This document shows, one piece after another, positions 26,982 through 38,616 of a stretch of 64,000 nt of DNA. Location of the stretch: NCBI RefSeq assembly GCF_006345805.1, contig NC_042999.1, forward strand, positions 123,380,001 to 123,444,000, in the 5' to 3' direction. The stretch is from Octopus sinensis. Its lineage: Eukaryota. The position numbers and the translations under genes were made by a program. The stretch's first letter is position 1. Each line of letters opens with the position of its first letter. The notes under the pieces were generated by a model. That model saw nothing but the letters and a program-made list of their open reading frames with translations. It did no database searches and had not been told where the DNA came from.

Positions 26982-28531
26982 CATCATCATCATCATCGTT
27001 TAGCGTCCGTTTTCCATGCTAGCATGGGTTGGACGGGTCTACTGGGGTCTGTGAAGCCAGAAGGCTTCATCAGGCCCAGTCAAATCTGGCAGTGTTTCTA
27101 CGGCTGGATGCCCTTCCTAACGCCAACCACTCCGTGAGTGTAGTGGGTGCTTTTTACGTGCCACCCGCACAGGTGCCAGACAGAGCTGGCAAACGGCCAC
27201 GAACGGATGGTGCTTTTTATGTGCCACCGGCATGAGGGCCAGGCGAGGCTGGCAATGGACACGAAACGGGGCGGTGCTGGCAACGGTCGTGAAACCGAAG
27301 GTTCTCTTACATGCCACCGGCACTGGTAACACATCTGCAATTTCCATTGATCGATTTCGATTTTGATCCTCACTTGCCTCAACGGGTCTTCACAAGTAGA
27401 GTTTCGACATGCCACCGGCACTGGTAGCACATCTGCAATTTCCATTGATCGATTTCGATTCTGATCCTCACTTGCCTCAACAGGTCTTCACAAGTAGAGT
27501 TTTGTGTCCCAAGAAGGGAAGGTATGCATACGTAGGCTGGCTCCATCCCATGTAGAAGGCCACGGGTTATGGACTCACTTGTCCTGCCGGGTCTTCTCGC
27601 GCACAGCACACTTTCATAGGTCTCGGTCTCTAGTCATTTCCTCAGTGAGACCTAAAGTTCGAAGGTTGTGCTTCACCACCTCGTCCCAGGTTTTCCTGGG
27701 TCTGCCTCTTCCACAGGTTCCCTCAACCGCTAGGGTGTGGCACTTTTTCACACAACTATCTTCATCCATTCTCGCCACATGACCATACCAGTGCAAATGT
27801 CTCTCTTGCACACCACAACTGATGCTTCTTAGGTCCAGCTTTTTTCTCAAGGTACTTACACTCTGCCGAGTATGAGTACTGACATTACACATCCATCGGA
27901 GCATACTGGCTTCATTTCTTGCGAGCTTACGCATATCCTCAGCAGTCACGGCCCATGTTTCACTGCCATGTAGCATGGCTGTTCGTACACACGCATCATA
28001 CAGTCTGCCTTTCACTCTGTGCGAGAGGCCTTTTGTCACCAGCAGAGGTAAGAGCTCTCTGAACTTTGCCCAAGCTATTCTTACTCTAGCAGTTACACCT
28101 TCAGAACACCCGCCCCCGCTGCTGACTTGGTCACCTAGGTAACGGAAACTATCAACTATTTCTAGTTTTTCTCCCTGGAAAGTGACGGAAGTTGGTCTCA
28201 GAGCATTTTCAGTGTTTATTGTTCCTGAGCATCTGCCACATACAAAAACCATCTTCCTAGTTAGCCTTCCTTTGACATTGCTGCACCTCTTATGTGTCCA
28301 TAGCTTACACTTGGTGCATCTTATAGAGTTTCTACCTACACCTTTTCTACAGATCGAGCAGGGCCATCTACCTGAAGGCGTTTGTGATTTGTCTACCTTC
28401 CTACTGATTACGACTTTGGTTTTAGCTAGATTGACTCTGAGGCCCTTCGATTCTAATCCTTGTTTCCACACCTGAAACTTCTCCTCCAGTTCTGATAGCG
28501 ACTCAGCAATTAGAGCAAGGTCATCAGCATA
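26982..28531 (-). mobile_element. Young 5'-truncated RTE-clade LINE with (GAT)n tail
   Basis: Uninterrupted ORF from YADD onward, followed by a ~630 bp 3' UTR that is shared with the many RTE-tail elements in this window. Confidence 0.92.
27614..28531 (-). CDS. RTE reverse transcriptase C-terminal half (truncated)
   Basis: YADDLALIAES, LRVNLAKTKV, CSIC..CTKC..HKRC..CGRC cluster, FRYLG, HGSETW, WYGHVARM, RGRPRKTW. Confidence 0.9.
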   Translation of the reverse strand, partial: YADDLALIAESLSELEEKFQVWKQGLESKGLRVNLAKTKVVISRKVDKSQTPSGRWPCSICRKGVGRNSIRCTKCKLWTHKRCSNVKGRLTRKMVFVCGRCSGTINTENALRPTSVTFQGEKLEIVDSFRYLGDQVSSGGGCSEGVTARVRIAWAKFRELLPLLVTKGLSHRVKGRLYDACVRTAMLHGSETWAVTAEDMRKLARNEASMLRWMCNVSTHTRQSVSTLRKKLDLRSISCGVQERHLHWYGHVARMDEDSCVKKCHTLAVEGTCGRGRPRKTWDEVVKHNLRTLGLTEEMTRDRDL

Positions 28532-28597
28532 TAACGTACAATAACGTACAATATATACTATAACGTACAATATATACTATAACGTACAATATATACC
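28531..28597. repeat. 19-bp tandem repeat at the LINE 5' truncation junction
   Basis: ataacgtaca followed by three copies of ataacgtacaatatatac(t/c). Confidence 0.9.
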
Positions 28598-28639
28598 TTA
28601 CTCTTATTAGTCTGTGGGGAAAGAAGATAATATTAATCA

Positions 28640-28722
28640 ACACTACACGTGTTTCTGCCCTAGTGGTTTGTTTTACCAGGCTATACCTAATACATAAATC
28701 CACCAGTGCGTCCTCAGGCTAT
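28640..28722 (-). ncRNA. Hammerhead-like motif (stem I degraded)
   Basis: Minus strand reads CTGAGGA cgcactggtgg..ccactagggca GAAAC acgt GTA; stem III region acacgtgt is palindromic. Confidence 0.5.
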
Positions 28723-28934
28723 TTTTCTTTTTATTATTATTATTAACGGATCCAACTTAATCCTACAAATTCTAAGTTATCTTCTTTAAAAATAAGAATA
28801 AAAATAAAAATATATTTAGATAACTTCCTAATATATTTTTACAAAATTTAAAAAATTTTTTAAATTACAAAATTATAAAATTTTAAAAATTCATAAAAAT
28901 TTCATAAAATTAAACTCCTAAAAATACAATAGCA

Positions 28935-28982
<48 letters not shown>

Positions 28983-29181
28983 CAAAAGTGCTAAACATAA
29001 AGAAACCCTCATTGACTATTTTAAATTAAACTGCCTATCTAAATAAACTTTACAGGAATTAATGATTTATTGTGAAATTTACCCCTATCAATACTAGTAT
29101 ATATTACTATTATTATGTCAAACATAAGTTAATATTTAAAACGTAAAAAAAACTCTATATAGGTTATAAATATATATATAA

Positions 29182-29567
29182 CTAGCAGTATCGCCCGGCG
29201 TTGCTCGGGTTTGTAAGGGAAATAACTATATAAGCATTTTTAGAGAGTTATAGCCAAAAATTAGCAAAAAAATGCATTAAAAATTGAAAAAAAATTAAGG
29301 TAAATTTTTTTTTTAAATCGTTGACACATCGTAGATATTTTTAGAGAGTTACTTCCCTTATATAAAAACGAAAAAAATGCATTAAAATGGAAAAATATGA
29401 TGGTAAATTTTTTTTAAATCGTAGACTCACGCTAATACCCAGAAGGGCTCGATATGAATCACGACTATAAGATACCCGCTTTTGGTTAAACTGCACTGCA
29501 AAATGTGGGAGTAGTTAGGAATCTAAATCGTAGGAGACAGACACACAACTTCACTCTTATATAAAGA
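29182..29567 (-). mobile_element. Non-autonomous Helitron-like element
   Basis: Minus strand begins A|TC and ends with hairpin cccgagcaacgccggg then CTAG|T; no TSD; internal subrepeat. Confidence 0.8.
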
Positions 29568-30572
29568 TGCTTTTTTTTTTTCAGTCATAGAGTTAGATTT
29601 ATGAAGGTCTTCAGTAGAAAATCCTTCGAATTCTGACTCGCTGCTTGATATAATGAAATTCGTATCCATTTTTTGTCAGAATTACAAATTTTGAAAACAC
29701 AATAGGAACAAATTTCGGAAAAAAATCTCCCATAATTCACAGAATTAAAATTACACTTCGATTTTTGTACAAAACTGTAGTTGAAGTGTTTACGAAGTAT
29801 AATACGTGTTTTCACGAATGTACTAAAGAGATTTGCTCTGATATTCTCATTTAAATATGAATAGGTAAATTCGGGCGGCTTGGTAACTATATATAAGTGT
29901 CGTCTGTTTATACATAAACACTGTTTACTAATAACAAACACACACGTGTTTGTATGTAGTTGTATGTGTATGTAGTTGTATATGTATGTGTATGCGTGTG
30001 TGTGAGGAATGACACACACACACTCACGCACGCACACATGTACATCAATGCTTTTGGAGTGATATGTTAAAATATTGAGTTTTCTCGAATTTTGTCTTAA
30101 TTGGTGGTAAAATTGAAAGAAATCTTTTATGGCATCACCCACTGAAGTAGTCTGAAAAATCTTAGGTAAATTCTAATTGAAGAAATTGTGTGAGGAGTAA
30201 ATGGTTATGTATTTATTTGTTTCTGTTTGCTGTGTTTTTTTATTTTTTGAGTAGTGGTTTAAATACTTTCAGTTTAGTCTTCCTCAAATCACTCTGTCGC
30301 TATTTACTTTCATTTTATTCGTTGCAACTGTGTGTGTGCGTTTGCGTGTGGTGTAAACCGGACTAAGAAAAGCATTTGACACACACACCAGAATGTGAGT
30401 TTTCTGTAAATTTTGCTTAATTGGAGTTTAAATTTTAAAAACTGGACCTGGCATGACGCGATGCATTGTACTGTTAAAAATGCTAGGTAAATTGTAATTG
30501 AAGAAATCCTATATTGTAGATTTGTATAACTCCCAAAGGGAGGCAGATAAAATCTGCCTTTTATAATAAGAG

Positions 30573-30640
<68 letters not shown>

Positions 30641-31089
30641 ATATGCTTGTGTGTGTGTGCATGTGTTTGTAAAATCATAAGCTGTGAGAAATAAGTTAGA
30701 GTGGCGAGTGGCATGTATATGAACAACATAAACAAATACACGTATATCAAATACCATAAAACAGAAATTCTAGAAAAAGTTTCATAATTGCCAAATAACA
30801 ATTAGAACCAGCTCCATATTAGGAGGGGAGATAATCTAAAGAATTAAGAATTCTCCAAAGTTGACATGTTATTCAGTAAAAGGACAGGCTTATAGTTTGG
30901 AGATAAGGGGACAATCATGGATATGTGTTTCTACCTTATTAGGCATAGGTAGCTTCAATATAAAAATTGCCCAGTTTTACCTCCAGTAGACAAGGGACTT
31001 AAATTTATACTAATGGGTGGAACATATTTATCACCAAATATTATATATCTACACACATAAACACACATAAAGACATACATATATACATG

Positions 31090-31128
<39 letters not shown>

Positions 31129-31320
31129 CATTATACATACACATATATACATACACACACATATACATAAATATATATATATATATATACATAAATATAT
31201 ATATATATACACATATACATGTAAACATTTATATATGTAATATAATGCTATATACAGAGAAAGGTATAGACAGATAGATACACGCACACATATATATGTA
31301 ATATAATATCATATTTATAG

Positions 31321-31713
31321 GCACAGGAGTGGCTGTGTGGTAAGTAGCTTCCTTACCAACCACATGGTTCCAGGGTCAGTCTTACTATATGGTGCCTTGG
31401 GCAAGTGTCTTTTACTATAGCCTTGGGCAGACCAAAGACTTGTGAGTGAATTAAGTAGACAGAAACTGAAAGAAGCTCATCGTATATATATATATATGTA
31501 TGTGCATGTATATGTTTGTGAGTTTGTGTTTGCCCCCCCCCCCTCCTCCATCCAACATTGCTTGACAACTGATCCCTGTAACTTAGTGGTTTGGCAAAAG
31601 AGACCAATAGAATAAGTACTAGGCTTACAAAGCATAAGTCCTGAGGTTGATTTGCTCGACTAAAGGTTGTGCTCCAGCATGGCCACAGTCAAATGACTGA
31701 AACAAGTAAAAGA
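31321..31713 (+). mobile_element. tRNA-derived SINE, family A
   Basis: ggagtggctgtgtggtaag..gactgaaacaagtaaaagaa. Confidence 0.85.
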
Positions 31714-32605
31714 ATATATATATGTACATACACACACACACATATATATGTAATATAATGTTACATATATATTCTTTTATTATTTTACTTGTCTTAGTCA
31801 TTTGACTGAACCATGCTGGATGGAGCACTGCCTTAAAGGGCTTTAGTTGCACAAATTTACCCCAGGATTCATTTTTTCAGCCTAGTTCTTGTTCTATTGA
31901 TCTCTTAGATCAAACCACTAAGTTGCATTAGGAAGGGTATCCAGCTGTAGAAACCATGCCAAATCAGGCTGGAGTCTGGTGCAGCTCCCCAGCTTGTCTG
32001 GTCATATTGTCCAACCCATGCAAGCATGGAACAACAGATTTAGATAAAGATGATGATAATGAGTGTGTATATATATATGTATTAGATATTATATTGAGGG
32101 CATTACTATACATGAATGCCACATGCTAGGAGGGACTCTTAAAGTCAAAACTACCAAAATGAATAAACACATAGTATCAAATGCGAGGGAATGCAACTCT
32201 TGAAGCAAGCCTTTTAAAAACAGAATTCAGCTGCAAATTACATGATTTAATAATTAGTGCAGAAATGCACTTTTTAATCTTCAGTGCAAGCATAATTCAA
32301 CATTTATAACGAATGAACAAAAATCAATATAACAGATGAACATCCAATGCATCCAGCGTGGCATATAGAAATGTTCAACCTTTATACATCTATGTAAAAG
32401 GCGGGCATTTTCGAATTGCATCTCAGTACAACGTGTTTATTCAGAATAAAAATTCAGTACTGAATATACTTCAGTTAAATTTACAATTTAAAAATAGGAT
32501 AAATTCTTAAGTAGTTAGCTAACTACTTGATAAATTCTTATAAAGATTTTATCCTATTTTTAAATTATATATTAGATAGATAGATAGATAGATAAACAAC
32601 TATAC

Positions 32606-33046
32606 GCAATGTGTTACCAAAAGGAAAAACTATAATTGTCACTTAATATGACTAAGGTGTTAGAACCCCTACATTGCTACAGATAAGAGCTAAAAAGCTC
32701 TAATGCTGTAGTTAAAGCACATAATTGTATACATATGTACTGACAGGGATTGCAATTGGAGGAAACATCAGTTGAGAGATTCTCTATACTGATCAGTCAG
32801 TTTGAAGTAATTCCATAGTCTCATCAGAGAGGACCACTTGATTCAGCTGATACCAGACTTAATTCTCTGTCAGTACATATATATTAACCATTAAAATCTA
32901 TGTATGATTTATGTGCGTACAAAAAATTGACATAGACAGCCATGAGCAATGTATTACCAAAAAGGAAAACTATAATTGTCACTAAATATAACTAGTGTGT
33001 TAGAGCAACTACATTGCTAGAAATAAGAGCTAAAAAGGCTCTAATA
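32606..33046. repeat. ~100 bp direct repeats, period ~340 bp, enclosing a degenerate hammerhead-like motif
   Basis: gcaatgt.ttaccaaaa..gctctaat at 32606 and 32946; minus strand CTGATGA at 32821-32827. Confidence 0.75.
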
Positions 33047-34674
33047 TGTGTGTGTGTGTGTGTAAATATTATATATGTATGTATGTGTGTCTGTCTGTAT
33101 GTATGTATGTATAAATCACCACCATTTAATATCCACTTATCTTATTTGTCAAGGCAGATTTTCTGTGGCAGTATACCCTTCCTTTCCACATTTCCAAACA
33201 GGATAATATTTCTCCATAGTCAGATATATTTTTCATGGAAGACTGGAAAGAAACCATATCATTACTTTTCGTCTTGTACTGGTTTCAGTCACAGGCTGGA
33301 ACCATGCCTTTCAGTGTGATTTGGGTTCTTTTCTGTATTGTTTCTGGTCAATTAGTGAATTGGATGGAGTAGCTCTTCTTTGTGCCACCACCCCTGCTGT
33401 CATGATGTAGGTTCATCTGATATCTCAGGCAAGAGTATGCACAAACAGGCATACACAAACACACATACATATATAGATGGACTCTCCTGTCAATTTCAAC
33501 GTATGAGGATCTGACAATGTACATTTTTCTCTGTCAATCATAATGCTTAAGTTGAATGTGACATTTGAGTCCCACCAACGATTTGCAAAGAAGCTGACTG
33601 ATGTTACAAGTATGAAGATTACAGGTCAATGCAGACAGTATATTTACAGCCACTTTTCTTCTTTGCCTTGCACCCCTAAGTCTGTTAATGCTGGTTGAAA
33701 CAAAGTCTTTTATAGCGTTTTGACACAAGGCATATCCACTTCCTTCTAGTTACTTTCCTCCTTTCCTCATCCACTGGAACCTCCACTTCCCATTATCATC
33801 CCTGCCCACACTATTTCCACCAATCACCTTTCTGTGCCTTCAGCCATTGTTCTCTCTCTTCTGCTATAATCTATTCTTTACTCTGATCTACCTTTCAGTG
33901 ACCTCTCATATTTACCATCATGCCCCATTTACCATAACCATACCCCTGAGACATTCCTATATCTCTCACCATCACTTGATACATTTACCTCTACCCCCAT
34001 CTCCAACTATCCCTCATCTCACTCTCATGAAACTTCCTCTCTGTCCACCTTCTGCAGTCCACAGGTTACATATTATCCTACATCAACTTTATATTTTCAG
34101 ATGCTCCAGCATCTCTACATCACTTTTATTCTTCCCAGCTCTACAGCTGCTCCTACCCATTCCTATATAATGCAAGGTAACCTTGTATCTCAACTGCAAG
34201 ACACTTGGGCTTATTCTTCCATCACACTCTAGCCTCTCAGCTCCTGGTACTGAACCATCACTCTTCTTCCACTATTCAAATACTGCCTGCCTTTACCTGG
34301 GGAATTTTTTCACCCTCACCATTTCTCTTCTTGTTCTCTTCTTTCCTTGCCTTGCAAGTTACTTGCCTGTAACATGCAAAGCCATCTAGCACACTCTGTA
34401 AAGTGGTTGACATTGGGAAAGGCATCCAGTCAGAGAAGCTATGCCAAAGCTGATATCAGAGTGTGATGTGACCCTACAGCTGATCCTGTAAAATTATCCA
34501 AGCTATGCCAGCATTGAAAATGGGTGTTAAATGAAAAATATATATGTATGTATGTATGTATCATATAAGCCAGTCTGTATAAATGTAAATAAATAAATAA
34601 ATAAAGACAGACAGACAGACAGATAGATAGATATACTAGTACATGACCTGTTGTTTTATGCAGAAAATAATAAT

Positions 34675-34890
34675 GATTTCAAATTTTGACACAATGCCAA
34701 CAAGTTTGAGGGAGGGGGCTAATTGATTACATCGACCCCAGTATTCAACTGGTATTTATTCTATCGACCCTGAAAGGATGAAAGGCAAAGTTGATACCAG
34801 CAGCATTTGAACTTATAACATAAGGTCAGAAGAAATGCTGCTATGCATTTTTTCCAGTAAGGTAATAATTCTGCCAGCACATCATCTTAA
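34675..34890 (-). mobile_element. Degenerate SINE, family B
   Basis: gattacatcgaccccagta..ctggtatttattctatcgaccctgaaaggatgaaaggcaaag. Confidence 0.75.
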
Positions 34891-35329
34891 GCAGAGAATA
34901 GCAATGCTTCATTGAAATACAGGTATATGTTCAGGAAAAGAAATAAATATGGAGAAGATAGGTAAAACAATGTTTGAATAAAAGAAATATTTTCATAGAA
35001 CAAAATACATATTAGTTTTTAACCAGTCTTTTTGATTTTTTTTTTCTTTTGCTTCTATATGCAACACAATATTCAACAGGAAATTTTAACAATCAAATAT
35101 TGCCTGTGTAGACAACATTTTTTCTGAAGTTAACATTTACATAACTGGGATGTCTGTGACATCCTCTTGATGTAGCAAATTCACTTTGATCAGCACAAAT
35201 ATTTATGCATACAAACAAACACAGGTTAGTGGTTAGCAACTTCAGACCTAGTGGTAAAGGACCCAGAGACACAAAAGAAGGATATGCAAAAGAAGGATAT
35301 GCAAGCTCAAAGCACAACAAATAGTCAGA

Positions 35330-37430
35330 AGGTAAGAGAAATTCTAGTCAAAGCATGTCAAAGGAGGACTGAAAGTTTCTATAGTATACTGAGAGCCACA
35401 GATTAAATCTGTGGCTGGTGTTAAGTCCTGGCAAAATTAAGGCTGACATGTCTATGAAACAGTGAAGTAGAATTATGAAAGCAATAGTGGGAAAACGGAG
35501 ACAGTAGAGAATTACACCAGGTAGCCAAAATAGAAGCTAGGCAACATACTTACATAGTAAAGGGAAAAGCAGAAAGGAAGGGAATTGCTAATGTCCTACA
35601 ATATAATGGTTGTAAACTATGCTTGAGAGGGTATCAAGATGTTGTGGGTGAAAAGTGTGTGCCTATAAATGATGGTACACCTGCACCTAGTGATTCTGAA
35701 AAAAAAAGCAGCATGGCGGTGCTTCTGTAAAAGGCTTGAGAATGTTATGGAGAAAAAGTGTCTTCCCAATGTAGACTCAACAGTGGAATGAGCTTAGTTG
35801 AAAACGGTATGATAAAAATGGCAGTTAAGGATATTAAGGCAAGGACTGCTTCTGATCCATTTGGAGTCACTACTAAGATGCTTAAAATATCAGACTGAGT
35901 AGAATATGAACTAGCTACCGTATAGTTAATCAGGTTATGCAAGAAGGTGTCATACCTAATGACTGGTGTAATAGCATTATAGTCAACTGTTACAATTGTA
36001 AGGGATTGCCTTTCATAAAACTACAGAAGTATCAAGGGTAAGGGACTGCCTTTCATAGAACTACAGAATTATCAAATTCCTAGACTAGGTCATGAAAGTT
36101 ACATAGAGAATTATAACCAGTTTCTCAGGGAAAAAATTAGACTAGACAAGATACAATTTAGTTTTGTGTCAAGAAAGTGTACTACTGATACTGTAAGACA
36201 CTGCAGGAGATGTATTTAGCTAAAAATAAGCCACTGTACTTAGCTTTTTCATCAAGCTGATGAAAGCCTTTAACAGTGTCCCTTGTTCTCTGATCTAATG
36301 GTCTCTGAGGAAACTAGTAGATAAATGACTGGCAAAAGCCATAGATGTTTTGTAGAGGTACTGTCAGTAAAATGAGAGTTAGCCACAAATACAGCAATGA
36401 ATTTACAGGTACAGGTAGGATTTCACTAGTGCTCAGTTCCCTAAATACCTGTATTTATGGTACAGGTAGGAGTTCACTAGTGCTCAGGTCTCAGTCTCCT
36501 TCAAGCCATAACAAAGGAATTTAAGACCATCTGCCCTTCAGAACAACTATATGTTCTCATTGCAGAATCTGTGGTAGAATTAGAAAATGAATTCCTGGAG
36601 TTGAAGCAAAATCTGGAATCAAAGGGTCTTCAAGTTAACTATGCAAAGACTAAGGTTCTAGTTGGCAGAAAAACAGAACTAGTCCCATCAGGTAAATAAT
36701 CTTGCTCGATATATTGGAAAAGCATAGAAAGGAATTCCATACAGTGTCCCATGTGTAGCCACAGGCATACAAGATATGCAGTGAAATCACAGTTGAGTTA
36801 ACAAAGAAAATAGTTTTTGCTTGCAGAAGATACTCAAGAGCAATAAATGCTAAGAAGATATGGGAAATAGATTTTCTCAAATGCCCTGGAGGCTTCCTAG
36901 ATGTAGTAGACTGTTACCTAGGTGTCCTAATAGGCAGTGTAAGAGTTTCCTCTGAAAGTATAGTTGCTAGAATAAGAATAGGATAGAATAAGTTTAGTGA
37001 GCTATTACATCTATTGACAGAAAAAGGTCTTTCCCTCAGAGTGAAAGGCAGATTGTATGATGTTTGTATACAAACAGCAATGCTACATGGTAGTGAGATG
37101 TGGAATCTGAATGCAGAAGTCATGTGAAAAGTAAAAAGAAATTAAGTTAATATGCTTTATTGGATATGCAGCATCAGTGTGCATGACAAAGAATAAATGT
37201 ATTGAGAAAAAAATTGGACATTGGCACAATCAGGAATAGTGTGCCTGAGATAATACTCTGCTTTTATCATCATGTGATGTATATGAATGCAAGCAGCTGT
37301 ATGAAGAAGAATGCTAAATGAGGTTGGAAACTTTGCATAAAGGAGATTCATGAAGATGTGATATGATGTAGTGAAGGTAAATCATAGAATATAGAGCCTC
37401 CTGGAGGAGATGACAAAGAACAACTATCAA
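35330..37430 (+). pseudogene. Degenerate RTE LINE remnant
   Basis: Multi-frame pieces such as GVIPNDWCNSIIVNC, KNKPLYLAF, LESKGLQVNYAKTKVL, LRVKGRLYDVCIQTAMLHGSEMW. Confidence 0.8.
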
Positions 37431-38397
37431 TTCACTGCACTCAAGAAAATCTATCTGTCACAGCAAAAAAACAAGGTCCTCAAATCCTTATGTTTATGTG
37501 TGTACATGCTGGATCCTGCATGTATATACTGCATCCAATATGGTTCTGTGAAGTATTCCCCACACCTCATATTCCACATACCCATTCCTTCATCACATCA
37601 AGGGAACTTTTCATGTTGTGTTAAGCACTTTCACTGTTTTCAGGTTTTCAAATACATTTGTTATAAGTCATTCTGTATAGAGGTCATAGTTTTTAGTAAC
37701 AGTGTTGATGATTTCTGGTTAAGTTTCAGATTTAGAATTAGTTTGCCTTTCATAGTTGAACATTTTATTTTATTTTCAAAAATGGAATATTTTCCATTTG
37801 CACGTAAGTCTAGGTATTCACTACATGGTACGGTACAATTTTTATGCGATGAATCCAATTTTTGGCTCATGCATTCTAACCTGATGTATTAATTTTGATC
37901 CTGTTTGGCCAATTTAATTTCCATTGCACTGTGGGTATGTGATATTCTAAATAAGATATTTTGTTTTGCAACTCATCAACATTAACCTTCAATTCCTTCC
38001 CAAGTTAAGATAAATATTACCTTTCTCAAGAGGTAATATCTATTCCCCACTTAAAAGTGGAAGTTATTTTAGAACACAGAGTACTGCAATAGTTACCTTG
38101 AGAGAACCTCTCATGGTGTTGTGGTGCATATAAGCACTTATATTTATATCATTAGTGGGAAGAAAAGTTACCCATCATTACCATCACTGAGACTACCAGA
38201 TCATATGATTTCAGCCTTCCCTAACCTTGTCAATGGTAGACCACCCAGATGCTGGAGATAGCAGCGATATCTCTGTTAGCAATATACATAGAATCTCAAT
38301 GCCTAATTAGGTACTGGTGTTACAAATAACCAGTGACCTTATTAAGAAATAATTATTAGCAACAGAAGCAGCATAAATACCAAAATATAATATTATA

Positions 38398-38616
38398 TTT
38401 AGCATTTAAACTGGCCATATCCGGCCAAAAGTATTCTGCCTGTTTTATGTTCAAACTGGCTAGATCTGGTCTCTCACACCAACCCTACAATATCATTTTA
38501 AAAATGAACAGCTACCTCATCAAAATCTCATAGCTACAAGATAATGCCTGGTTAGTTCAAAATGTGGATGAAAAAGGATTAATTTTGGCAGAATAATGTG
38601 AACACTAAAGGGTTAA
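38398..38616. mobile_element. Partial piggyBac-type MITE
   Basis: Right end ctaaagggTTAA; left end tttagcatttaaac lacks the expected TTAAccc. Confidence 0.45.

Noticed and set aside
28532-28570. Apparent N-terminus MYVIVYIVRYCT of the RTE ORF
   Set aside because: Derives from the junction tandem repeat, not from the element.
29585-30142. 185-aa minus-strand ORF
   Set aside because: Crosses microsatellites; no recognisable motif or splice structure.
37410-37892. 160-aa ORF and the opposite-strand 69-aa ORF
   Set aside because: No recognisable domain; starts in RTE debris.
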